The notes beneath the pieces were generated by a model. It did no database searches. It was not told the DNA's origin and saw only the letters and a list, made by a program, of their open reading frames with translations. Below, piece after piece: positions 10,455-20,951 of a stretch of DNA of 37,244 bases (position 1 is its first letter; each line of letters starts with the position of its first letter). Position numbers and translations under genes: made by a program. This DNA is from Octopus bimaculoides (Eukaryota): positions 29,394,383 to 29,431,626 of the forward strand of contig NC_068993.1 in NCBI RefSeq assembly GCF_001194135.2, read 5' to 3'.

Positions 10455-12520
10455 CATTGGAATGTTTAGCATGCCAGATTAGACAGAGGTTCAATACAAT
10501 AGATCTCAGAAACAGACCATGTACAAAATCGTTCTTCACAACTCCAGGAGCTGCTTTCAGATATGATCCATCCCATTCTTATAAAAATGATAATTCTGTA
10601 CAAATTGGTGTGCTACACTCAAATTGTCATTTCTGCAAAGCTTTCAAATTTTGAAATGAAACTAATGGCATGTACTGCTCAAGTAGCATGGTAAGATTAC
10701 CAGCACTACCAGCTCCTCCTCAACCTCTTATGGATCTTCTGGAAGGCACTTCCATCCAGTCAAAGGATTTTCTGAACAATATCAGACAATACAACTCTGC
10801 ATTTCAAATGGCATCGTTTGATACATCTAAGGAAATACATTATTTACATTATTTACATTTGATGGATATTTGTCCTCATTTTGTTTGTTGCTAACACAAT
10901 GTTTCAACTGATATACCCTCCAGCCTTCATCGGGTGTCTTGAGGAAATTTCGAACCTGGGTTCTCATTCCTAAGGTATTTTTCGATGTTATTATTATTAT
11001 TAGTAGTAGTGGTGGTGGTGGCGGCGGCTGCAGCAGCAGCAGCAGAGTAACAGCAGTAGCAGTAGTAGTATTCAAGTCACTGCCTGGAATTGAACTTGGG
11101 TATCATTTCAATATTCCACAGATTCAACCTGCAACAGGAGAGCCAATTACAAACAAAAAGGTGTCATCAAATGACTTCTATTCTTACCAACTGATGTTAA
11201 GACCAGAATAATCAAATCAGTTACACATGTATCGTGATCTACTTCAGTACCTGGTTGGTATATATGCTAAAGTTGAGAGTGAGCGTATCAATAAAAAAAA
11301 GTTAAGGGCTGAAAATTATGTTCATCTCCAAGATGCTCTCAGGACAAATGATGATATTCAAAACATGGGGCAATTTATAATCCTCCCATTATCATTCACA
11401 GGTGGTCCTCGATACATGCAGGAATGAACACAAGCTGCTATGACATATGTCAGGACATATGGAAAACCAGATATTTTTGTCATTTTCACCTGCAATCCTC
11501 AATGGGAGGAAATAAAATCTAACCTTCTTCCAAGTCAAGAATTTCTTCATTGACATGATATTATTGCAAGAGTGTTTCCTCAAAAAGTTATGAAAATGGT
11601 TTATTGGTTTATCTGATCACCAACACAAACATTGCCATTTTTGGACCAACTATATGTCATATGTACACTATTGAATGGCAAATGAGAATCCTTCTGCATG
11701 CACACATGCTGTTTTGGTTACATGAAAAAATTCATCTCGACCAAATTGATACCGTCATTAGTGCTGAATTATCAGATCTAGAAAGAGAACTAGAACTATT
11801 TGAAACTGTAAAAACAAAGATGGTTCATGGTCTGTGTGGTACAATGAATTTCAATTCTATTTGTATGGTGGATAGTAAGTGCACCAAACACTATCCATAG
11901 CAATTTTTAGATGACGCTCAAACAGAGCAAGCATTAAAGTATGACAGAATTGTCAATTATTGATAACAGGTAGATTGTTCCATATAGTCCAATATTGTGC
12001 ACAATTTTCAATGAGCACATCAATGTGGAATTTTGCAATTCTGTCAAATCAGTCAAGTATGTTTGTAAGTATATGAATAAGGGATCTGATATGGCAATGA
12101 TTGGGCTAAAACATATAGATAAAAATGATGATCTAACATGTTACCAGATGGCTTGATATATTAGCAGCAATGAGGCAGCATGGAGACTTTTTAATTTTCC
12201 AATTCATGAAAGGTATCCAACAGTAGTTCATCTGTACATTTAGAAAATGGGCAGCATGTAATCTTTAATTGTGAAAATCCCCAGCAGGTTATCAGAAAAT
12301 GCAAACTCCTTCAGAAACAACGCTTACTACTTTTTTAAACTTTGTAATCAGGACTTATTTACTGCAACATTACTCTACCAACAAGTCCCAAACTTCTATA
12401 CACAAATTCAAACTAATAAGATGTGGAAGAGGAGGGCAAGAAAGAGAGATATTGAAGGATGGCCTGGAATTAAGAAAGGTGATACACTTGGAAGGGTCTA
12501 TACTGTACATCCAAACAATT
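10455..12520 (+). pseudogene. Helitron Rep (HUH/Y2) region, multiply disrupted
   Basis: CHFCKAFKF..LPALPAPPQPL..FLNNIRQYNSAFQMASF; LPLSFTGGPRYM; DIFVIFTCNPQW; IEWQMRILLHAHMLFWL (HUH motif); KYVCKYMNKGSD (Y2 motif); GRVYTVHP. Confidence 0.92.
10848..11104 (-). mobile_element. 5'-truncated tRNA-derived SINE with decayed HHR tail (same family as 31976-32232)
   Basis: Reverse complement matches the B-box half, TTAGGAATGAGAACCCAGGTTCGAAATTT and the (AAATGTAAATA)n tail. Inserted in the Helitron Rep region. Confidence 0.85.
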
Positions 12521-12524
12521 TTGA

Positions 12525-14640
12525 ATGCTATTTTCTTCACATGTTGCTTATGTGGTTAGAGGACCAAAGTTTTTTCAAGATCTGAGAATGGTTAATGTTC
12601 AACTATGTGAAACTTATCGTAAATCATGTCCCAGACAAGGACTGTTAGAAAATAATTCTCACTGGGATGACACGTTAACTGAAGCTGCCGTTTCAAGTTC
12701 TGCCACTCAGCTGAGGAATTTATTTGCAATAATGCTTCACACATGTGACCTGTCAAATCCTAAACAGCTATGGGAGAATCACAAGCATGAACTAAGTGAG
12801 GATGTTCTCAATCATGCTCAAAGGGAAAATCCAAACCATGACTTTCAATTAAATGACTATATTCTTAATGAGACTTTGATACTGCTTGAGAATAAACTCC
12901 ATCATTTGGAATGGAAAAATCTAAATGAGTATGGATTGTCATCTACCAACAAGCAGCAACAAAATTTGTGCCATGAAATTCTCCAAGAAACTTCCTATAA
13001 TTTACATTCTCTGGCACAGTTTGTCACAGAAAATGAGCCTAAACTTCAACAATTGCAAAAGTATGCATATAATGCAATCATTGATGCAGTGAAACATGAA
13101 AGAGGGGGAGTTTTCTTTTTGGATGCTCCTGGTGGTACAGGCAAGACATTCCTAATGAATTTACTTCTTGCTACAGTCCACCAGCAGAATCAAGTTTCCT
13201 TAGCTGTTGCATCTTCTGGAATCACAGCTAACCTCCTCAATGAAGGAACAACTGCTCAATCCATGTTCAAGCTCCCTCTAAACTTTGCAATGAAAGAATT
13301 TCAAATAGGCAACATTTCAAAAAGTTCTGCAGTGGCAACAGTTCTCCAACAAACTTGCCTCATTGTTTGGGATGAGTGCACTATGTTACATCATGGAGCT
13401 CTAGAGGCACTTGACTGTACCCTCCAAGACATAAAAAAACAATAGCACACTCATGGGAGGAATAACACTTATTCTTGTAGGAGATTTTTGTCAAACGTTG
13501 CCAGTTATCCTCAAAGGATCAAAAGCTGATGAGATCAATGCATGCTTTAAAAAGTCGTACCTTTGGAGATGTGAAAAAATTTCATCTTACAACCAACGTG
13601 AGAGTACTTCTACAAGGGTGAATTCTCAGAGGAACTTCTTAAGATTGGTAATGGAATATTAAACCCAAACTTCGCCTAGATGAAATTACATGTGGTCAAA
13701 TGGTACTTTCTCTTATGGATCTTACGGATAAAGTATTTCTTAATTTTTCTGTCAATTACACTGATGTAAACTGGCTATGTGAAAGAGCTATACTGGCTCC
13801 AACTAATAAAATGGCTGATAAACTCAATCAGGAACTTCAGAAGTTATCAGATACATCAGAAATGACTTTTTGATCTACTGACACAGCAGTCGATCAAGAT
13901 CAGGCTGTCCAATACCCTATTGAATTTCTCAACACATTCAAACCCAATGGGGTGTCACCGGATAACTTGATACTAGAGCTGAGTGCTCCCATTATGTTGC
14001 TTAGAAATCTTGACCCACCTCACCTCTGCAATGGAACTCACTTAACCCTTTCATTACCAACCTCAATGAGACTTTGATACCAACCTCAATGAGACTTTCG
14101 TTACCAACCTGGCTGAAACTGGCTCTGTCTCTGAGTACAAATGTCTTGTTTTCATAAGTTTTGAGTTAAAATCTTCCACCAAAACTTAGTCACAATTATG
14201 TTCCTAACACTAGCTGAATGATAACAAAGTTATTTTACTTAATTCTTTGTTATATTTAAAATAATTGAAAGAAATACAGAGCATCTCAAAATAAATACAG
14301 TAATGAAAGGGTTAATTGTTACTTCCATGAAGCCCCTTGTCCTACAGGTAACAATCATAACAGGTAGTCACAAAGGAGAAAATGATTTTATTCCAAAAAT
14401 TCCCCTCATGCCTACAGATGTTCCATTTGAATTTAAGAGGCTTCAGTTTCCAGTCAAACTAAGTTTTGCTATTTCAATCAACAAATCTCAGGGTCAATTC
14501 CTCAAGGTAGTTGGAATTGATCTCTCTACTACATGCTTCTCCCACAGCCAACTCTATGTTGCTTGCTCACAAGTTGGAAGCAGTGACAATTTATTCATTT
14601 GGACACTAACAACAAATTACACAATGAATATTGTTTAACC
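12525..14640 (+). pseudogene. Helitron PIF1 helicase, disrupted by stops and a MITE
   Basis: FFLDAPGGTGKT, IVWDECTM, GDFCQTLPV, LRNLDPPHLCNGT, FKRLQFPVKLSFAISINKSQGQ, FSHSQLYVACS. Confidence 0.93.
14046..14311. mobile_element. piggyBac-type MITE (266 bp) with TTAA target-site duplication
   Basis: TTAA|CCCTTTCATTAC ... GTAATGAAAGGG|TTAA (perfect 12-bp TIRs). Internal 21-bp tandem repeat. Excision restores helicase NGTHL|IVTSMK. Confidence 0.92.
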
Positions 14641-14736
14641 TGAGGTGCTCCAAGATTGACAGATTTTCAGTTCTAAATACTATTAGCATTACAATTTAGA
14701 TTAAAAAAAAATAAAATATAGATATTTTGAACACAC

Positions 14737-15195
14737 TGCAATGGGACACACCTACTGCTAAAGAAGATGATGCCACATGTTATTAACACCACCATTCTCT
14801 CTGGATGTGGAAAAGGAGAGGATGTTTTCATACCTAGAATTCCTCTCATTCTATTGGGAGCAGAAATTCTTTTTTTCATTCAGAAGAGTGCAATTTCGCA
14901 TCAATAAATCCCAAGGTCAAACACTGTCTGTAGTAGGATTTCAGTTGGAAGAGTCATGCTTCTCACATGGGCAATTATATGTTGGCTGCTCTAGTGTGGG
15001 AAGCAAAAAAAAAAATCACATTTGCATTTGTTCCACAAGGGAAAACAAAGATTATTGTTTACCAAGAGGTAAATTCATCCTATGATGCTCTCCAGTATTC
15101 ACTGCTCCTTGTGAATGGTGAAGATGGATACCATTTCGGCATAATACCAACAAACACGAAGACTGCACCAACAAAGTAGTTTCCTGCATGGACTT
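14737..15195 (+). pseudogene. Second Helitron helicase C-terminal fragment fused to a Rep N-terminal fragment
   Basis: CNGTHLLLKKMMPHVI..GKGEDVFIPRIP..INKSQGQTLSVVG..FSHGQLYVGCS..IVYQEV joined directly to NSSYDALQYSLLLVNGEDGYH and NKVVSCMDF. Confidence 0.85.
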
Positions 15196-15228
15196 CAGTA
15201 TCAAAGCATATTTTCCAATTACTCCCAC

Positions 15229-15273
15229 TGTACGCTGAGGATGGGTAAATACCCAGAAACTCGAGTCCGTACA
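15229..15273 (+). ncRNA. Compact type I hammerhead ribozyme, family 3, inside the Helitron
   Basis: TGTACG-CTGAGGA-TGGGT-AAAT-ACCCA-GAAA-CTCGAG-TC-CGTACA: 6-bp stem I, 5-bp stem II, palindromic stem III, GUC triplet (cleavage after 15267). Confidence 0.85.
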
Positions 15274-15561
15274 TATCACAGATCAAGATGGGAAGGATGA
15301 CTTCCCTTTGCAAATACAGACAGGACACAGATGTGTGTCAATAGCCAGCTCGAGGAGATGTTCTCCTGGGGCTAAAAGCAACAGTAACATCCACCCTTAG
15401 GGGTCAGTCACATTTAAGTGGCAAATATACTTCACCTTGTCGTGCAGTTACTGTTAATACCTCGTTCAGAGATTTAACATTGTATATATATATATATAGA
15501 TATATATATATATTCAAACTATACCATTTTAATCCTGAGCAATGCCGGGTATCTCTGCTAG

Positions 15562-15850
15562 TATCTGATAATTGGGCAGTGAACTCCTTCTGGAATGTGG
15601 ATGTATATTTCCTAGATTTTATATTTTTGACCACCTGTAGCAATGCTTTCTCAAAATTCTTGAGTAATAGGTTTGCATAGATGTTAAGTCCATAGTGATC
15701 ATCATTGTTATCGCTATTGTTAGTTTCCTTTTTCTTCTATTAAAGTCATTGGTACGTTGGAGTTGTATCAAGAGGTAAGCCTTCCTTAGTGGTATAGGTA
15801 TGTTCTCGAGTGAAATTCACAAATAAAATTTTTCCAGTGTCAAAGGATTA
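15562..15850 (-). mobile_element. 5' part of the PLE that was split by the Helitron
   Basis: Minus strand: SLENIPIPLRKAYLL, HYGL, KNFEKALLQVVKNIKSRKYTSTFQKEFTAQLSD. Continues in frame at 9470. Confidence 0.8.
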
Positions 15851-16199
15851 TTAGTTGTTAGAACTCTTCCACATGGGAATTTTTGTTTTTTAATATTTCA
15901 CTTAGGCATTGTGAGACTAATAATCTAGTGTAGAATTCAATATATGTGTGTCTCTGAATAAAGTGTTAGTTGAGTATAGAGCAGTAATAACAAAGAGAGA
16001 TGACAAAGGAATAAATGTTTATCTTATAAACGTCAGAGTGCATGTGTATGTATATTTACATATATATCTATCTAATTGCATTTGGACATACACTTTTCTT
16101 ATATACATCTGTATTGACTTTTCTCATTGTTGATGCTGTTCCCTAAATAGGCACAAATGTAATTCTTTCCCAAATAAATTGGACATCATATTCAAGACA

Positions 16200-16275
16200 C
16201 TGATGAAGCTATAGGGTGTTATTCAGGCACTTAATTATGAATCTACTGCATCTTATAACAGAAACAGCTGTAAGC
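16200..16275 (+). ncRNA. Decayed hammerhead-like relic
   Basis: CTGATGA..GCTATAGGGTG/CATCTTATAAC..GAAACAGCTGTA. Stem I does not pair. Confidence 0.35.
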
Positions 16276-16330
16276 TAATAAAGTTCATAAGATAATCATT
16301 TATTCATCTGTCATTTCTCTTTATTATTTA

Positions 16331-16374
<44 letters not shown>

Positions 16375-16396
16375 AATCTATCTGTCTTTCTATCTT

Positions 16397-16460
<64 letters not shown>

Positions 16461-16488
16461 CCCAACAATCCATCCATCTATCTATCTA
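16331..16488. repeat. (TCTA)n microsatellite
   Basis: Direct reading. Confidence 0.95.
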
Positions 16489-16546
16489 TATGAGTAAATA
16501 TTCAAATGAATATTCAAATAGATATTATTATTATTATGATTATTAC

Positions 16547-16608
<62 letters not shown>

Positions 16609-16883
16609 GCAGCAGCAGCAGCAGCAGTAAGTATATAAATAATTAATAACAGTATTAGTGGCCAGCAAACAATAATGTCATTAAATGGCTAAACAATAAA
16701 ATTTTATAATTAATTTATAATTATAATAGAGGGTACACAAAGTACCAGCTTGCTAGAAATAAGAGTTAGACTCCTCAAACAAGCCACTATCTCACTACAA
16801 AACATAATGGACCAATGGAAATTGGGAAAACAAGCAAAGAAATTTAACATACCAACTCAGCTGTAGAATGAAGTAATAGATAT

Positions 16884-16936
16884 ACCTGTATCATGATTTC
16901 AAATTTTGGGTTACTCCTTAATTCTCCTCAGCAGGT
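16884..16936 (-). ncRNA. Type I hammerhead ribozyme, family 2
   Basis: Minus strand: ACCTG-CTGAGGA-GAATT..AATTT-GAAA-TCATGA-TA-CAGGT. Palindromic stem III ATCATGAT, AUA triplet. Confidence 0.78.
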
Positions 16937-17137
16937 CTTACTAAATACCTATTGTTAAAAATCCTACTTGCTTTGTTGTGTCCATTAAGCATTGAACAAG
17001 CTTATGCCGAATTCAATACAATTTCAGTGTATAATATATATAAATGAGTAAATATTCAAATGAATATTCATATAGATATTATTATCATCATCATCATTAT
17101 TATTATTATTAACAGTAAAAATATAAATAATTAAAAT

Positions 17138-18628
17138 CTTCTGGGAAGGTAACAAGGATGGGATAGGTTGTGTGGACATACTTCTTGCAGAGAAATAGGT
17201 GGATAAGGTCATAGAGGTAGTCAGAGTGTGCAACAGAGTACTTAGGCTCAGGCTAGTCTTGCAGATAGTATAGCAACAATTATTTCTGCCTATGCCCCTC
17301 AAGTGGGCCTACCAAATGAACAGAAGGACCACTTTTATGATATACTTCTGCAGGCTACCTCAAAGATGAGTGACAATGATCTCATCTTCATGGCTGGGGA
17401 TTTCAATGGGCATGTTGGATGGTAGCCCGGTATCTTCTATGGTGTACATGGGGCCATGGAATTGGTTCCTGAAACAAAGAGAGAACAAGGCTACTGCAGT
17501 TCTGTGATGCAAATAAACTATTGAACTGCAACACCAACTTTCGAAGCCAGCCAGTCACCTGATAACCCACCAGTCAGGTGACTGTGCTAACCTGATCGAT
17601 TACATTCTCATCAGACAGCAGGATGCATGGTTGCTCTTAAATGCAAAGACTCTCCCTGGTGAAGAATTTACCCACCAGCATAGACTAGTCATTAGTGACT
17701 TTAGACTCCAGGCCAGAAGGATGCCAAAAAGCAGACCAATCTGGAAAAGAAGGATTTGGAAGCTTAAGGACCCTTCATATGATCAGAGATTTAGGGATAT
17801 CCTCATTGAGAAATTTGATGAGAGGAAGGAGGAGCTACAGACTTGTGACATAGAGAGAAACTGAGAATCCCTGCAGGACAGCTTACTGTGTGCTACAGAC
17901 CATATTTGTTGTTGGTGCAAAGTCCCATCCAGACCTAGGGTAATGTGGTGGTGGAACAATGCTGTAGACAGGGCCATTAGAGCAAAAAAACAAGCCCAGA
18001 AGGCCTGGAAGAATGGGAGCCAGCAGGAAACTGTATCAGATAGCCAGAAAGGAAGCTAGGAGATAGGTATATCTAGCCAAGGGAGAATCAAAAAAGAAGG
18101 TTGCCTATGTTCAGCAATGTAAGAACCAAAGAACTGAAGTGTTTCGGATTGAAAGACAGAGTGTGAGAGAAAACTGTGATGTCATAGGAGAGAAATTTGT
18201 CTGCATGGATGATGGTGCACTTGCATGTTACTGGTACCTGTGCTGGTGACACGTAAGAAGCACCTTTCAAGCATTAGGCCTCACGGAGGCAAAGTAGCTG
18301 AGTTCCTTTCAAGTGTTCAACCTCATAGAGGCAATGACCAAGACCTTTGGTATTATACTGTGCCTGAGAAGAAGACCGATCAAACTGAGCAAAACCACAG
18401 TCATGTCAGATACCGGTATCATGTAAATGGCACCCATGCCAGTGGCATGTAAAAGCACCCATTACACTTTCAGAGTGGTTGGCATAAGGAAGGGCTTTCG
18501 GCTGTAGAAACCATGCCAAATCAGACTGGAGTCTGGTGCAGCCTTCTAGCTTGCCAGCCCTGGTCAAACCATCCAACCCATGCCAACATGGACAACAGGC
18601 GTTAAATGATGATGGTGATGATGATGAT
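17138..18628 (+). mobile_element. RTE-clade LINE remnant: APE endonuclease region joined to the 3' UTR, RT deleted
   Basis: IISAYAPQVG..MAGDFNGHVG, IDYILIR..QHRLVISDF; 3' UTR with the GGAAGGGC..GCTGTAGAAAC motif and a (GAT)n tail. Confidence 0.88.
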
Positions 18629-18862
18629 AGAGAATAACAATAACAATAATATTAGTGGCCAGCAAGCAATAATTTTATAATTAATTTATAATTATGATAG
18701 AGGGTACACGAAGTACTAGCTTGCTAGAAATAAGAGTTAAACTCCTCAAACAAGCCACTATCTCACTGAAAAATATAATGGACCAACAGAAATTGGGCAA
18801 ATAAGCAAAGAAATTTAACATACCAATTCAGCTGAAAGCTGTAGAATGAAGCAATAGATATG

Positions 18863-18913
18863 CCTGTATCATGATTTCGAATTTTAGGTTATTCTTTAAT
18901 TCTCCTCAGCAGG
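18863..18913 (-). ncRNA. Type I hammerhead ribozyme, family 2, best-preserved copy
   Basis: Minus strand: CCTG-CTGAGGA-GAATT..AATTC-GAAA-TCATGA-TA-CAGG. Confidence 0.82.
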
Positions 18914-19034
18914 TCTTACTAAATACTTATTGTTAAAAATCCTACTTGCCTTGTTGTGTCCATTAAGCATTGGACAGACTCATGCCAAATTCAACACAAT
19001 TTCAGTGTATAATATATATAAATGAGTAAATATT

Positions 19035-19352
19035 AAATTTGGTGCAATCTTGTTCAATGCTTAACAGACACAACGAGATGAACAAGATTTTTAACAATAG
19101 GTATTTAGTAAGACCTGCTGAGGAGAATTAAGGAATAACCCAAAATTCAAAATCACAATGCAGGTATATGTATTACCTCATTCTACAGTCTTCACCTGAG
19201 TTGGTATATTAAATTTCTTTGATTGTTTGCCTGATTTCCATTGGTCTGTTATGTTTTTCAGTGAGATAGTGGATTATTTGAGGATTTTAACTCTTATTTC
19301 TAGCAAGCTGGTACTTTGTATATCTCCTGTTATAATTATAAATTAATTATTA
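19035..19352 (+). mobile_element. Inverted copy of family 2 with a dead HHR (19113-19165, GAAA to AAAA)
   Basis: Reverse-complement homolog of ~18690-19000. Confidence 0.8.
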
Positions 19353-19452
19353 AAAAAATAATGATACATATGCAATTGGTAAAAAGCAAAGTATTGAAGA
19401 AAAGCATGTAGATATTTAATATATGGTTGGTATAAACATACTATATGCACAA

Positions 19453-19646
19453 TGCCTGAAATTTGGGGGGAGGGGACTAGACAACTACATCCACCCCAGT
19501 GCATAACTAGTACTCATTTCATTGACCCTGAAAGGATGAAAGGTAAAGGCAGCCTTGACGGAATTTGGACTCAGGGTGTAAGGATGGAAAAAATACCGCT
19601 AAGGTTTTTGCACAGCATACTAACAATTCTACCAGCTTGCCACCTT
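19453..19646 (-). mobile_element. SINE (MetaSINE-like central domain)
   Basis: Minus strand contains TTTCATCCTTTCAGGGTCAATGAAATGAGTACTAG. Homologous to 19686-19901 and 30045-30170. Confidence 0.7.
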
Positions 19647-19685
19647 AATAATAATGATAATAATAATAATAATGATAATAGCAAT

Positions 19686-19901
19686 AATCCTCTCTACTAT
19701 AGGCACAAGGCCTGGATTGTGTGGGGAGGAGGGCAATCAATCACATCGACCCCAGTACTCAACTGGTACTTAATTTATCGACCCTGAAAGGATGAAAGGC
19801 AAGTCAACCTTAGCGATATTTGAACTCAGAACATAGTGACGGGCAAAATACCGTTAAGTATTTCACGCAGTGTGCTAACATTTCTCCCAACTCACTGCCT
19901 T
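19686..19901 (-). mobile_element. SINE (MetaSINE-like central domain), second tandem copy
   Basis: Minus strand contains CCTTTCATCCTTTCAGGGTCGATAAATTAAGTACCAG. Confidence 0.72.
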
Positions 19902-19945
<44 letters not shown>

Positions 19946-19954
19946 TAATAATAA

Positions 19955-20951
19955 TTGAGGAAAGCAGCTTAGTGTGGTATATAGAAAATTCTGTGGAACC
20001 ACTGTTGAAACACATGAAGAAGGCCGGCATCATCAAAACTGAAAATTGTGTAACGAAAGAAAAATTTAAACAAGAAATGGACAAAAAAAAAGAAGAAAGA
20101 AAGAGCATGGAAGGAAAAGAAATGAACAGTCAGTTTGCAAAAGATGTGACTGCCAAGATGTGGCTATGGATGAGGAGGAGTGACCTGAAGATAGAGACAG
20201 AAACACTTATATGTGCAGCTCAGGAACAAGCATTAAGGACTAACTATATGAAGTGCAGAATAGACAACACTACTGATAGAAACAAATGCAGAATGTAGAG
20301 GGTAAAACGGTATGGCACATCATTAGCAAATGCCCAAAATTAGCACAGTGCGAATACAAAAGATGCTATGACAATGTGGCAAGAATGATTCATTGGGAGC
20401 TCTGTGGAAATCGTGGCCTACAAAGAGCAAAGACGTAGTATGAGCAAACTCCAGAAGGAGTCACTGAAAATAAGAATTGCAAAATCCCATGGGATGCAAT
20501 GATCCAGTGTGATCACCTGACCAGACATCAGAAACCGGACATTGTTGTGGTAAATAAAAAAGAAAGAACATGTATGATAATCGACACAGCATGCCTCGGT
20601 GACAACAGGATCAATGTGAAAGAAGAAAAAATAAACAACTATGACGATTTGAAGTTGGAAATACGAAGGTTGTAGCCAATGAAGAGAGTAGATGGGATAC
20701 CAGTAGTAATTGGTGCACTTGGAAGTGTCAGCACTCAACTACTAACATGGCTGAAAATGATTAGTGCAAATGTGAATGTAGAACACCTACAAAAATCAGC
20801 ATTGCTTGGAACTGCAAGAATTCTTCGCAGGGTTCTTGAAGATGACCAGTAAACAAGTCTCACCGTTGTCTGCTGGCTGTGGACAGCTGACACTTTCTAT
20901 CATACCCAGCAAAATAAACTGTGAATTTCCATATGATAATAATAATAATAA
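19955..20951 (+). mobile_element. R4/Dong-clade LINE, 5'-truncated (CCHC plus REL endonuclease)
   Basis: LKIETETLICAAQEQALRTN..KCRM..HIISKCPKLAQ..HQKPDIVV..IIDTAC..PVVIGALGSV..LQKSALLGTARILRRVL, followed by an (AAT)n tail. Confidence 0.88.

Larger units (their letters stand above)
9471..15561 (+). mobile_element. Helitron with both termini, ~6.1 kb, decayed and composite
   Basis: 5' end A|TCTATATATA at 9470/9471. 3' hairpin CCTGAGC-AAT-GCCGGG (15534-15549) followed by CTAG|T at 15558-15562. Removing the element restores the flanking PLE reading frame (QLSD|IRKS). Confidence 0.88.
16492..19034 (-). mobile_element. Tandem HHR-bearing repeat units (family 2), interrupted by an RTE insertion
   Basis: The unit marker GAGTAAATATT recurs at 16492, 17046 and 19024. 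The period is ~554 bp, and ~487 bp after subtracting the RTE. Confidence 0.8.

Noticed and set aside
20185-20203. CTGAAGA...GAAA motif
   Set aside because: It lies in R4 coding sequence (DLKIETET) and has no pairing stems, so it is a coincidence.
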